The notes under the pieces are model-generated. The model was not told the DNA's origin. It worked only from the letters and a program-made list of their open reading frames with translations, and ran no database searches. This document shows positions 50,401-63,919 of a stretch of 64,000 nucleotides of DNA, in pieces. Numbering within the stretch: the stretch's first letter is position 1; the number at the start of each line of letters is the position of its first letter. Location of the stretch: assembly GCA_965235115.1 (NCBI GenBank), contig OZ249437.1:48608001-48672000 (forward strand). The letters run 5' to 3'. The DNA is from Laetmonice hystrix (taxonomy: Eukaryota). The position numbers were made by a program, and so were the translations under genes.

Positions 50401-53400
50401 ATTAAAATATGCATGACCTTGATTGACCTTTCAAGGTCGCTCAAGGTCATGGAAAATGACGCCAAATGAAACTTCATATATGACTTCCTATCTATCAATA
50501 ATAATAACTGTTGCCTTATCTTGCACCGTTTTCGAGATATGAGCCAAAACAGTGTTATGGGGGGGGAGTAAAATATTAATATGGCCGCCATGTCGCCATA
50601 TTTGCTCTGATCTGGCAATACATTGGCATATACATTGCCCCTCATATACACCTTCTTTCCACCAAATTTGAAAGAAATCGGGATCGTTTTGTCCGAGTTA
50701 TTGCTCCAAATGTGTTTACATCCAAGATGGCCACCACGCGGCCATTTTGACCTGTCTCATCCGTGGACTGTCCCGGATCATGATGTAATGTTTCATGCAA
50801 GATTATGTCGTTATCTTTAACTGTTTTGAAGATCCAGGCTATTGCAAATATGCATGACCTTGATTGACCTTTCAAGGTCGCTCAAGGTCATCGAAAATGG
50901 CGTCAAATGAAACGTCATATATGACTTCCTATCTGTCAATAATAATAACTATTGCCTTATCTTGCACCGTTTTCGAGATATGAGCCAAAACAGTGTTATG
51001 GGGGGGGGGTAAAATATTAATATGGCCGCCATGTCGCCATATTTGCTCTGATCTGGCAATACATTGGCATATACATTGCCCCTCATATACACCTTCTGTC
51101 CGCCAAATTTGAAAGAAATCGGGATCGTTTTGTGTGAGTTATTACTCCAAATGTGTTTACATCCAAGATGGCCACAACGCGGCCATTTTGACTGATGTCA
51201 AAAATATCTTTGACCTGCCTCATCCGTGGACTGTCCCGGATCATCATGTAATGTTTCTTGCAAGATTATGTCGTTATCTTTAACTGTTTTGAAGATCCAG
51301 GCTATTGAAAATATGCATGACCTTGATTGACCTTTCAAGGTCGCTCAAGGTCATCGAAAATGGCGCCAAATGAAACGTCCTATATGACTTCCTATCTATC
51401 AATAATAGTAACTATTGCGTCATCTTGCACCGTTTTCGAGATATAAGCCAAAACAGTGTCATTGTGGGGGTCAAGAAACAAATATGGCCGCCATCTCGCC
51501 ATTTTGGATCTGAATTGAAATTTTATTGTGATGCATATTGGCCCTCATTATGCCTCATCCCTGCACCATGTTTGAAAGAAATCGTGATTGTTTTGGCTGA
51601 GTTATTGCTCAAAATGTGTTTTCATCCAAAATGGCCGCCAAGCGGCCATTTTGAATGATATCAAAAATCTGTTTGACGTGCATCATCCTCAGTTCATCCC
51701 TGATCCTTGTGTGAAGTTTCAAAGAAATCGACATATACACTTCTGAGAAATCGCTGTCTACGGACATACGGACGGACGGACGGACGGACGGACGGCCGGA
51801 CGGACGGACGGACGGACGTACGGACAGACGGACGGAGGTCGAATTATAAGCCCCCCGTTGTGGGGGCTAAAAATGTGCACAGCTTCCCTTTATATGTAAC
51901 TACACTCTATCCTTCCCAAGGTTTCATGTTGCCTACTACTGTCATCTGTAAAACATCCACTAGTTCCAGGCTCATCAAAAAGCACTACGGAATCTGTGGT
52001 GTGAGCCTGGTGATGGGAAAGCGGTCACACTACTCCAACCCGAGTAATGTGATAACACTGTGAACCCTGTGGTCACTGCACTGATAGCGGCATTGGGTTG
52101 GCATAAAATAATAAAATCCGTTCCCTTGGAAACGTCAACGACCAACGTATATTTGAAGATCCCCTTCATTCTTACCCTTCAAAACTAAGTTGATAGCATC
52201 CAAGCCGTTTCCAAGCTTTACTGACAGTATTATTAGACCAGTACACGCCCCACCTGAAACATGAACCTATCAGGGACAGCCAGAGGGAACCACTAGCTTT
52301 GTACCATTCACTAAACCTCGTTTATAAACATGCATGACCTTGACATGACCTTTACTTAAATTCATGATATAATCACAACACGCATGCACATTATTTACAT
52401 AATGGTTTTTAGGATTTTTCGGAGACAACCCTCATGATGACAGGAACTACTTTTATGTCTTTACTTTCGTTTTCATATTTGCAGTCTTTCTGTCGGTTAT
52501 TAACTGATCCACATTGAGTCCAGATCTTCTATGAAGTTACTCCAATTGGTATGGTTAAATAATATTTTAACTGATAGCGAACCATGGGAGTAGCAAACAG
52601 ATCTTTGTACATTTCTCTAGTATGTATGAATCATGCATGACCATTGTATAATATTTAAACTACATGTATATGAAACTTAAATGACTACCCATTCGCAACA
52701 GTAACCACCTTTACCACTGTGGACTGTGGAAATGCTGACTGGTGCACGAACAAGAAATATTAACAGTTATCTGCTCTACTATGGTTGTAACTGAATGGAG
52801 AGATGGAATGGCCCATGGCCCACAAACGGAACATTCCTGGCGCGTACCACACCACTAGGTGTTACTGCGGTAGTGAACTGGTTGACATAGATTTCTTACG
52901 CTTCCAGTCCTCATCACATAACTTCGCCATGCTATATGATAAACTCTAAGTGATGAGGCACCAGTCATCTAACAATGAGTTGGACCTAGTTTCCTCTCAT
53001 CAAAATCTTAATAACAACTGATTCTCTTGACTATAATAGACAAAGAAAGGTAAGACACTATGTTTCAATGTTGATATGCCTTCTCAATAATGAAACTGTT
53101 GGTACCCTGCCAGTCTGCAGATCTCAGATTGAAACCCCCACTAAACAACATCCATGACTAAACCACCTACCCAGCCCTAGCTTGCTAGCACTAACTTGCT
53201 GAGATATTCATGGGGTAGAATGCTTACACTAGGAACGCTTGATCAAATTTAACTGGTAAGATTAACCCTTTATCCTCTTGGGAGAGAAACAATTGTATCC
53301 TTTTCTAGCAGGCAATAAAGATATGAAGTTACACATGGAATACCTTTGATTATTTCTATTTCTCTTTATACTGTACATGGATGAAAAGAACAAGTCATTA

Positions 53401-56400
53401 CAGAATATTCTTCGAAAATCATACACAATCAAGTCGGTTCAGCCACACCTGGGGTGAGTTCCTGAACCCCTTGTCGTGCGTTAACTGCTGGCTTGTCGTA
53501 AAGTTAGAAATTAACGACAATGTCTACGATACCCGTTCCTCATCCCTTGTCGTGCGTTGGCTTGTCGTGCGCTTGCATATCGTTGTTGCTAACGTCACAA
53601 ATCTCTCAGCGGAGATCATTGTTCAATACAACGTCGCGGCACCGTGAGCGTAAACCGGATGGAGCTGTTGTTTACGTTTACTGCTTATACGCAAACGCTG
53701 AATTTTTTGACAAGTATATAATAAATACTCCTAATCGCGTTTGAAACACATCATGTGGGGACCTAAAAGTTTTTTTGCTTCGTTTTGTGTTGTGGAGGTG
53801 CCTTGGCGCCGACGATTGTGACGCCCTCTAACGTTAGATTGCGGCATCTATCCTCGACCGTCCGTCGACTGTCAGTGAGATGCTCGATCGGAATCAGCCA
53901 TCCTACTTGGTATTTGGTGCTTTTTAGAGATTTTTGCCCATGCAATTCTTAAAAGAGGCCACATGGAGCCGAAAACATAAGTATTTACATGCAAGATAAA
54001 TGGATTGACAATTTTTTGAGTCGTTTACGACAGGGTCGGAGATGTCTTTATTTCTCCTCTGTTCTACGACACTGTCGTACAAATTTTAACGCACGACACG
54101 GGATGTGGAACACCTTTGTCATTAGTTGACTGTTAACGACAAGCTTAACGCACGACAAGGGGTTCAGGAACTCACCCCTGGTTAATAACTGGAGTGTCAC
54201 ATCATCCTATGACAAGAACAATATCATTTTCCATACAATTCATTCTGATTCTCTTCATAATTTACAAATAGGTAAAGACTAACGGTTTTTATGTATATCA
54301 TCAAATATCCGGGAAAAATATCAAATAGCAAGGTGACATTGGTTGTCCATCCAGTGGTCCACATGTGTGCTACTCTACTGCGCAACAGACAGACTTACCT
54401 GTCACTGGCTGACAGCCGCGTGCCAACACTGGTGTGCATTGTGGTCACTTTTGTTGAGTTACTCTGGCTGATGGAAGAAGCTTGTTGCTGGGAAGAGTAG
54501 GAGGACGGTTCCTGGGTAGCCATTGCCTCTGCGAATGTTGGAGGGGGAGTTGAGGTGGCAGGTAGGAGGTCCGGCCTCCCTCCCATGGCTCCGGCTGCAA
54601 AATCCGGCAACTCGGAGTCACCGTCATCTTGAGAACCCAGGTGTAAAAGGTGTGCTCAGTGAACATCAAAACATAGTAGGTGGCCAGTGTATTGGTGCTG
54701 GGATCGACTAGGTAACCAAGGCGACAGGTAAACCAAAGAATAAGAAGAGCAGCAGGAGCTGCCCAACATCATGAGGTCTAAAAAACACGACTGGAAAATT
54801 GGGAGACTAATTCACAACTTAGGCCACCATTTTCAACTCAATTATTTACATAACCGTCACCCCCCTTCTAGGCAGGACAACTGAACCATGTACATGTATA
54901 TGCTACACTATCAGGGTGTCAAGTGCCAATGATCCTCCAAAAAATAGGAAAATAGGATTTTGCTGTGACAAAAAATAGGAATACAATAGGAAAATCAAAG
55001 GGAAAATATACGGAAATAGGAATTTTATTTGAAGACACTATCAATCAGAATTTGTTTTGTCATTTTAATTAAGAAATGGGAACATTTATGGAATGTTTAG
55101 TCAATCAATTTGCCTTTTTTTTTTATAAAGTCTTTTTGAGACTCAAATTTACTTCCCCCTTCTTGACCATAATGTTGAAATTCAGGCAATTTTATGGTTT
55201 ATAAAAATTGACAAATGACACGAAATATTTTAAGGATACTGCACAGAAAATAGGAAAAAATAGGAATTTTAATCCAAAAAAAGGAATAAATAGGAAGGAT
55301 GCTAAAAAATAGGAACTTGACACCCTGCACTATCTACTTTGTCCCCATCCTCCAATGTAGCTTCCTCCGTTACCAAGGTATCACGTAGGTTATTGTAACC
55401 TGTGTTTGGAGTAATGCCCCAGGCTTGAGGACAATACCTGCGTCATCTCCTGTTGTTGTCAGAGACCGTGCTCTGTCAATCTGTGGTCTCTCTGATGTTC
55501 TACCCTCTACTTCTGACGTCGTGACTGACCTCTGTCGCTGTGTGCCCTTCTTTTTGGATGGCGAGTGTTTCAAGGCTATAAAAACACAATACGGATTTCT
55601 CAAGTAAACTTATGTAACCAACAATATGTTTTCTCATTTGCAATACAAAAATAAATTCTATCTGGTGAGATTTATGAGCACATGCAACACAAGGTTTGGG
55701 GATGATTGTAAGGATACATATATAGACAAAGGTTTTACAAAGCTTCATATGCTCACCTTGGTACACTTTTTTTTGTATTATTGGTATATATACTGAGCGA
55801 CCTTCTGTCGGAGGTCAATTAGTATACAATGTACACCGTCTATTGCCCATTGAGTGGTCAATTCTACAAGTATTCACATATGGCACAACAGTGTCAGGGA
55901 TGAAGGCACCGACACAAAAAAAGCTCACTCTCTGTAGATATACTGTGCGAGCTATCAAAATCTCTTATGACTGTGCACTTTGAGAACTACACTTGAACAA
56001 AGGCGGTTTGAGAACTTCTTTCAAGTGCAAATGCCTGAAACTTCTTAAAAATGTGATCCCTACCCTTTGCAACTGTGTGAGGATTATCAATCGGAAGCAA
56101 AAAGGAAAGGATTACAATGATCAGCATTCTACGATTTCTGTGAAAATTACAAGCTACCGGTATGTCATGTGTGGATGAACAAAAACTGCGTCAAATCCAT
56201 GGGGGCCTTGCTGTCTATATCAAACAATTTCAAAAAGCGCAAATCTTTCTCAGTGCATCAAAAATGGTATCTCTATTCACAAAGGCCCCACGATCACTAG
56301 TAGCATACAAAATGACTGATTTTTTATATGAGCAAATCAAGGCGATTTGCCAGCCATGCAAATAAAATACGTGCTAGTTGATCTTCCTACTCAATGAGCC

Positions 56401-59400
56401 GCTACATGTACTATAACCATCATTATAATTTATATCATGATGGGAGCTGGCAAGTGGACGTTTGCAGGTATAATGAAACAAGTACAGTACAGTACAAAAG
56501 GCTACATCCACCGCCAGCAGACGATATGAATCAATGTGTGCTGGTTTACTCCATCATCAAAAGGTAACACATTCTAGTATGTATGGAGGTAAACATATAC
56601 CGGCAATGACAACCACCATCATCTAAACAATTCTTATCAAACAAATTGTCATGGTTACGAAAATAGTGCCACAAGCAATCTAATGGCAGGTAAGGCAGCG
56701 GCGACAATTATAGCCACAACAGCTATGAAACATAGGTACCAACATTACAATATACAGATTTCATTCAACCTTTCAAATTTAAATGTCACAATATCTGCCC
56801 CAGATCATGGCATGAGATACTGACTGATATACAGAGGTCGTTTTGGCCTCAGGAAAATATAGCTTAATCATGTGAACAAATAAAACATTTAAATCCATCA
56901 TTCGATGAAAGTAAGTGTGCCCATTATACAACACCTTTTTCTCTAAAAACACCTTAACTCAAACAAGGTTATCTAAAACATAAACGACAACATGAAGGAG
57001 ATATCACCATAAAAGTTTTTAGTTAAAAATATATGTAAGTTTTGGTGGTATCAGTAACTCTTCTTCATTGTCTACAGTGTCTAATTTGTTACTTTAGCAG
57101 AACTTTGTCTTCCTGTTAAACAGTGCAAGTGTTTGAGACACTCAAGTAACATGGTAAAAATAATTAGTTATCCACAAAATGCATCTAGTTTTTCCAAACG
57201 ATGAGTTTCGTTTTCCAGATTCGAGCAACGGTACATATTTATCGTGGCTGTCATTACTTGTACCATGTGACGTGAGAGGATGACAGGTCAATACTTTGGA
57301 CAGGCGAGTACTGCTGCACCTTACCCCATTCCTCTTGTGTTGTTATACTAACTGGGTGATCTATTAAGTCTAAGTCCTATCACCAACCAAATTAGGCTAT
57401 AAAACATTTACATCAAGGCTACGTTATGCCCATTTCCGGACAACAAAAAGGGCCAAAGGTAGATAGAAACAACCCCTACTACAGAGATTAAAAAGAGGTG
57501 GACCAAAAATATCTATATCTCTACATGAAAAGGATTAATGCATGTAAGTGGAAAAGGTTTACACCTATGTGACCTACCAGTAACTGTTGCATTGTAAAGG
57601 TGGAGATATTCATGAAAATATATTAACACAGATCCACCCTTTTGTTTTGGTACAGACATGGGGTTACATGTGATATCACAATACAAGTTGAGTATTTCAC
57701 TCATTGATACAGTTTTACGTCAGCATGTATACACATGCTTCCTTAATTTGGCTACATTTTGAAGAACAGACACATTTTTCACCGTACTCGGTACTGTCAG
57801 TGCAGTAGCCACTTGACGTGGTTTTACTATATCAGGGTACATTGTATCAAGTTGATTTTAACGCAGATGGCGCGCCCACAAACCTAAAACCATTCGCCTT
57901 TCCTGAGCATCGATATGCAGCAACTCAGGGCTGACACAACAACCCTTGTTATAATTTTATATCAAGACCTAACTACCAGCTTAGGTTGGTCTACCAATAG
58001 GTCATGGACTACTTACCTTCTCAAAATCATGCATACACATATAGTCCTGGTTTAAATTATTCAAGCCTTTTAAGAAAAAAAAAAGAAATACACAAAGAAC
58101 TACTGGTACATGACGACACCTTTGGTTTGGTTTTGCTGATATTCAGCAAGGACCAATGCGCTCCGCAAGTGCGGGGTAGGAGACGGCAAAAAATAAGAAG
58201 TGCAACATTTAGGAAAAAAGAAGAGGCAGAAAGAAGCTATACAATACTATTGTTAACAGTGGTAACAATGCTACAGTCACTCCACCCTTGACTGCTATCG
58301 GTACCGGGTATATGATGTGAGGTAGATAGAGGAAGAATTTCTTCGCATCAATATCATCCGATTTCTTCCTTCTCAAATGAAGAATATTAGGTTATACGAA
58401 ATATCCTATACCCTCCTGCTACTGAACTTTCAGCATCTCACTACAGGCATCTCACTGCACTTCAAAACGCAGTGAATATATGATAAAAGTTATAAAGTCA
58501 TAAACGTTAGTGTAACTCAATTCGGTTGGTGAACATGGACTGGCTGAACGACTCGCCAAGGAAAGACGCGTGTACTGCGAGATACAAGATGAATCCATAG
58601 CGCTGCCCCTCCCAGACCGAGCAACTATTCCACAGTCTCTGGCCATGACACCGTCAACAAGCCCTTGACCCCTTCTTACACACCGTCTCCCTCAGAATGT
58701 CAGAGAAATGACTAACCAGCAGATGACCAACAGCCAGAGCAAGTCCACACTACACATGCTCAACCAGTATCTCTGACTTTTTTCATTTATCCTCAAATCC
58801 CTTAAGTGACAGAAGTACAATATAGAAACAAAGTGTAAAACTTCACCAGCAGTCTTCAAAACTAAACACCTTCTGTCATTTTAAAAATCTAATGCCTTGT
58901 CCTATGAATAATGAAATGGCTATCTAAGATATTGCAAAGTTTCATACTGCATAATTTTACTTAATCCCCCCCCCCCCCCGGTTTTTCTAAAAGTGAGACG
59001 TTAGGCATAAGTGATGCCACAGTTTTTTTGTATACTGACCTAAACAAGCTCCTGCTAACCAGATAGCTATCAACAGTCATCACCTGATTCTGCCTACCTA
59101 AATGACACTCGAAGGAAAAGCCATGCAAAAAAACCGACCTGTTACTTTTTCTGATCTAACGTGCTGTAATTACATTGAACAGTAGATGAATAAAAGGAAG
59201 CCATCACCAATCTGTTTTATTACTAAATGTGAAATGTGTGTTTTGGGAATCTGTTTTAAAATTTTCGACAGCTTAATATTCTGAATATGTGTGAATAATT
59301 CATGATATCTTCCCATGCTATGTAACAGTGTGGAGTCTATTTAAAGTTGCAAATCAACCTTCTGTGTGACTGAACCATTCTTGATTTCGTAGGTTAATAA

Positions 59401-62400
59401 CAAATCTTTTGAAAAACAAATCAATACAGAAGGGGGTCACAAAATTTATACATAAAGGCACAATTTCAAACACCAATCAGAGAATCGGTGAACAAATGTA
59501 CATCATATAAGGGAAAGGCATGTACAAAGACATCTAAATGAATCCTAATGAAGCATACTAAAACTGCCTGTAGAGGATGGGCAGGTCTGAGGGCAAGGTA
59601 GACCAAAACAGTGGAGGGCAAAAAAAGTAGTGTTCTCTTTAAAAATGTCATTGGTAGGACTCTTTCAGATTCAACATAAAATATGGTCAAAAATTGTTTT
59701 ATAACTGTATGTCACAAAGTAGTATTTTTCATATGTTGTCTCACATGAAAACATTGAGCCGTATAGGCAAATGATTAAACGAAACTTGGGCAAAACGCAA
59801 TTATCTCAATGCTTTTAATGCTTTCAACAAGGCTAAGTTCTCTAAAAAAGCTTCATGTGTTGATGTTGAAGTTACTTTCTTGTTATAATGTGTTGGTACA
59901 TGTGTTATTTGTATAAAGAAGACTGTTTGGCATGGCTGGTATGCATGGCCTCCGGGCTGTCAGATGATGTTTACATATCAATAAAAACCAGAAAAAAATT
60001 GCACACTGAACAGGAAATGAAAGTAGAGTCAGAAAAAAAAGGCAAATGAACACACAGAGCTCCATGCAAGGAGGCAGCATGCTGTTGGTTGTACAGGTAC
60101 ATCTATTCGCCACCAGGCGGCCGGACACGATCTTCTCGTGATAACAACACCGGACTGCTGGTCACGTGATCTATGATGGTAGGCGTGGAGTCTATGGTAG
60201 CTCTCTATAATAATGTAATATATTTCGGACTGTGCCAGCTACCAATGTTGAAGGGGTGGGTCGCTACAAGCCTCTGTAGCGAATCAGGAATGGAAAGTAG
60301 TAGTGGTAGTAGAAGTTGAAGGAGTAGGATAGGGACCAGGATATACAGGCAGGCAGGCAGTTGTATATATTTACCTAAATGCACCAGTTTTCTAAATCGC
60401 ATATGAGGGCCCTTGATCTGGGGCTGATCCACTGTGAAGAGAGAGAAGGAAAGCCACTGCCAGTTAAATACACACACACAGCCACACAAACTGTTAGTGT
60501 CCAGGTTAGTGATCACTGAATGACCATCCATACCATAGACACCGGCACAACACAGGCCTAAATCTGGTAGCTCAACGTCCAAGCTAACAAACGTTTGTCT
60601 TTTCTACAATTCCTATGTAAGATCAATTATTTTAAAGGTCTTTTCTTCCTACATTGTGATGGGCAATATATTTTACATAGTCTGTCTGATTTTGGTCAGG
60701 GTTTTTTACGATATTCCAAACTGTTAAGAAAATTCCCTTATTGACATGTTACTCTTCACACAGAGAAGTTAAAACGGTTGTCTTTCCCGCTTTTAAAACA
60801 GCGTGTCTGGCCTGTGTGGCAACAGTTTGTTAGACAACAGCAGTGAAGGAAAGGCAACTGCTCATTACTCTAGGCTGTTAGTCCAAGAAAAGATCAACTG
60901 TTAGTTAAGTCCAACCAAAAGAGCATCAGTTTAATCCAGGAAATTCAAGTAATAGCAAGCTTGTGGCTTCTAGAATATTCCTGAATTAGGTATTGCACTA
61001 AAAAATGTTATGTTCTTTATCACTCTACACAAGAAAGGGGTATTGGTTCTTAAAGACAGGCAGTTAAAACCATTCAAGATTCTCTATTATTTCAATGACT
61101 CTAAAGTGAACAGATGGGCTGTTAGGTTAGATAAGCCCTTAGACTACATAAATCAATAATAATTACCCACAGAAATGGAGAAATTTAATGATATTCAACA
61201 TTGCAGTTGCCTAACAACTGCCTGTTGTCGGTATGAAGCGATCGTCTTATGGTTGGAAGCGATCGTCTTATGGCTGTTGACCTGGAATTGACTTGAACAG
61301 CCAATAAAATTTAACGGGCAATGAACCAATGAATTTCATCTGTTCAAGTCAATGCCAGGTCAACGATAGCGACAAAAGGCAACTGGAAATGTTGAATTTA
61401 ATTAGAGTTCTCCATTTCTGTGGCAATACATTTATTGATTTATGTAGTCTGAGGCCTTATCTAACCTAACCCTCAGGTCTTCATTTTGGAGGCACTGAAC
61501 TAAGCTATATTCGTGAATGGCTTTAAGGTTCAACAGTAAAAGGTAGGCGATACAGTTCTATTAGTTAGATGCACAAGCAGACTACCATACTTAAGACTCG
61601 TTATACGCTGATGGAGGTAAAAAGATATTACTGTGTAATTCCCCCCTAGTCAAAATTGCACAGGTTGTGTGTATCAATATATATACGTATGTACCAGTTT
61701 ATAATCACAACTTGTAATAAGTTAACCTGGTCATTATCATCATTATAATGAAGATGTATAAAAGTGGGATACATAAAAGCATGGTTTCCGTTGAACCGAA
61801 CTCAGACATGCTAGCACATTTGTATCAATCCAAAGGCAAAATAACCAGCAATAGAATGCGGAACTAACAATCTCAATGATCGGTTTGCTCATTGAACTAC
61901 TGCTACATCCTTCACAGGTCCCACCACATTCCAACAAGTGGGTTAGCTGTCGTTTTGTATTGAAAGGCAAGCTCTCTACTAGTACCTCTTGGATCACCGC
62001 TACCACAGCATCTACCATCAACATCTATTCACTACATGTGAACAAATGAAAAGAAGTAATCAACAAAATATTTCCTCAAACGATTTTGCATCTATAAAGC
62101 CAATCATAGCAATTTCATTGGGTTACTGGGCTTGGCAACTGTTAATAGATTGTCTATTTTGGCTTAGTTTGTGTTCTATGATAAAATGTTGTAAAATGCT
62201 TGCACAGTACATATTGCAGGGAACTACGATACATCTTCTACTTTGTTTAGGATGGGTAAATGAACAGTGACGATATCGACAGAATTACACAGAGCAAGGC
62301 AGCAGCATGGGATTCTGGGGAAGCAGTCACTATCCAATCAGCTGCTGCCATGCCAAGCCTTCAACTGGTGGGAAGCCAATGGTGATGAACATATGACACA

Positions 62401-63919
62401 TTAATAGATGTCACAGCTCAGCATGCGACGTCTGCTCAGGCACTACCCGTCGCGGCATATTAAGTACATCACAATGAAAATAAAGCAATACTTACAGGAG
62501 GGGATTTTCCTAAATACTGAGTTGGCATAAAAACTCTGGAATCGTGTTGCATAGAATCCGGGTCTATGTACAGATATTGTATCCTGAAATTGAATAGAAA
62601 GATCCCTTTTGTCATGAACTGAAACAAAATTCAAGCATGGTACAAAGTCCTTGCTACTTTCTCACTTCAATACTAATAGATTTCTTCAATCCAGAACTGG
62701 TTTGAAAAAATAAGGTACATACCAGAACTACATACTGAAGCCATGTCAACTAGGACCCCACTGACAGAACTCTTATCCACAATATTTCCAATCTGTCCTA
62801 TTATAGAAAGAAGCTAGAGAAAGCATTCATGTTGTCAAGGTATCAACCAATGAGCGGCTTACCCCGTCATGTACCATGGCCTTCATTACATGTTCAAGCT
62901 TCTTCTGTAACCGGTAACTCTGGAGGATGTCTATGATGCCAATGTACAGGAGCAACCGTTCTCCTCGCGAGTTTCGAGCAGGAATACCCCCAGCACTGCC
63001 ATACAATATGAAATACATGTACTTCAATGTTGGCCATTTTAACATACAGTGGCTTCAGACTTGTCTCACTTAGGTACTATATGATACAGCAGCATGCTGA
63101 AATTTCTCTTTAGTCAATTCGTGGATCTAAGTCTTAAATGATAGTTTACAGTTACACCTCATTTCTCTTAAGATTCAGACACTAAACCAAAGAAAATCGT
63201 CAAAAATAAGCCTGAATGGCCCTGATTTACCAGTTCTCTACAAAAAATGCCAAGTTTGAAAACGATATCAAGTCAAAGATTTACAAATGTGGCCAGTCGG
63301 TGATAAGATTACTACTCACGGCACATCCTCGTTTTCCAGCTCCACAGGTTCTGATGGTGCCTGGATAGCCTCCATCGCCGTGGAGTATGCTGCTATTCTT
63401 TGTTTCATCGACCTCCCACGAGACAGCACAGCTGCAATAAATGCATTAAATGTTACAGCATGTCACAACTGGCCAGCCTTCCATGTTGTCAACAAGACCA
63501 AACTACCTGTAATCAGACTACTGTATATGTCCCTTTAGCCGCGCACTACCTATTTGCTGCACACCTCCGCATTTTTTCAAACAAGCTGTGCCGGAAACCC
63601 GTATTCGACGCGCCACCTAGTGTAAAATTTTGTAAGCTCCCGGCGCAATCTCCCTATTGCCGCGCAACTGCTTTTCTGCACACGCACATGCGTGGCTAAA
63701 GAATAAGAAGCGAAGGATCTGACCTCGACCTCTTCCATACACTTACTGTTTCACACATATTCTTTATCAGGGTCTGGTGCTTCATGTGGAGACAAGAACA
63801 GAAAACAAATCCGCTCCTAATTCCTAGGGGACAAAAAAAATCTACTCACAGACATTAGCACTGGCTCCTTGGCCCGGTTGTGAAGAGGGCCCAGCACTTC
63901 CCACTGAACTTGGATCAGC
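47428..63919 (-). CDS. PIP5K1: Phosphatidylinositol-4-phosphate 5-kinase type I, 3' half (kinase insert, C-lobe and tail); the 5' part lies beyond the window
   Basis: Exons 63919-63850, 63431-63320 (YSTAMEAIQ), 62995-62863 ([38 protein letters not shown]), 62583-62496 ([22 protein letters not shown]), 55575-55438 (LKHSPSKKK), 54627-54399 ([14 protein letters not shown], like the vertebrate PIP5K1C tail), 49445-49294 ([17 protein letters not shown]) and 47681-47428. Phases are consistent. The 54627 acceptor is my best choice among several. Confidence 0.92.
49824..51872. mobile_element. Helentron/HINE-like non-autonomous element with internal tandem array and microsatellite
   Basis: 5' ACAAG...TATAGCCCCC; about three copies of a 440-460-bp unit (marker ATGACCTTGATTGACC at 50413, 50854, 51317); (GACG)n at ~51765-51835; 3' TATAAGCCCCC with hairpin AGCCCCC..GGGGGCT and an A-run. 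The architecture resembles mollusc pearl/HINE elements. Confidence 0.7.
53452..54177. mobile_element. PIF/Harbinger non-autonomous element
   Basis: ~32-bp TIR GGGTGAGTTCCTGAACCCCTTGTCGTGCGTTAA and its inverse; 3-bp TSD CTG / CTG; internal TTGTCGT repeats. Confidence 0.88.
54912..55327. mobile_element. hAT-like MITE, 6-bp TSD
   Basis: TIR CAGGGTGTCAAG / CTTGACACCCTG; perfect TSD CACTAT; internal AAATAGGAA repeats. Confidence 0.88.
61121..61470. mobile_element. Foldback MITE with long imperfect arms
   Basis: GTTAGGTTAGATAAG..AGACTACATAAATCAATA is mirrored at 61425-61470; inner inverted pair GTTGACCTGG..TTGACTTGAACAG / CTGTTCAAGTCAA..CCAGGTCAAC. Confidence 0.75.

Noticed and set aside
50361-51660. 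Regularly spaced 440-460-bp repeats as a CRISPR-like array
   Set aside because: Whole units repeat with no unique spacers; they sit inside a eukaryotic transposon.
54650-54660. In-frame TGA as selenocysteine
   Set aside because: No SECIS recognised, PIP5Ks are not known selenoproteins, and a downstream splice acceptor explains the frame.
58452-58690. Exon-like ORFs on both strands in a PIP5K1 intron ([17 protein letters not shown] / [17 protein letters not shown])
   Set aside because: No convincing in-phase acceptor-donor pair; bounded by stops.
9200-58980. Scattered long G/C homopolymers as G-quadruplex elements
   Set aside because: Several lie inside the MITEs delimited here, and homopolymer lengths are unreliable in assemblies.
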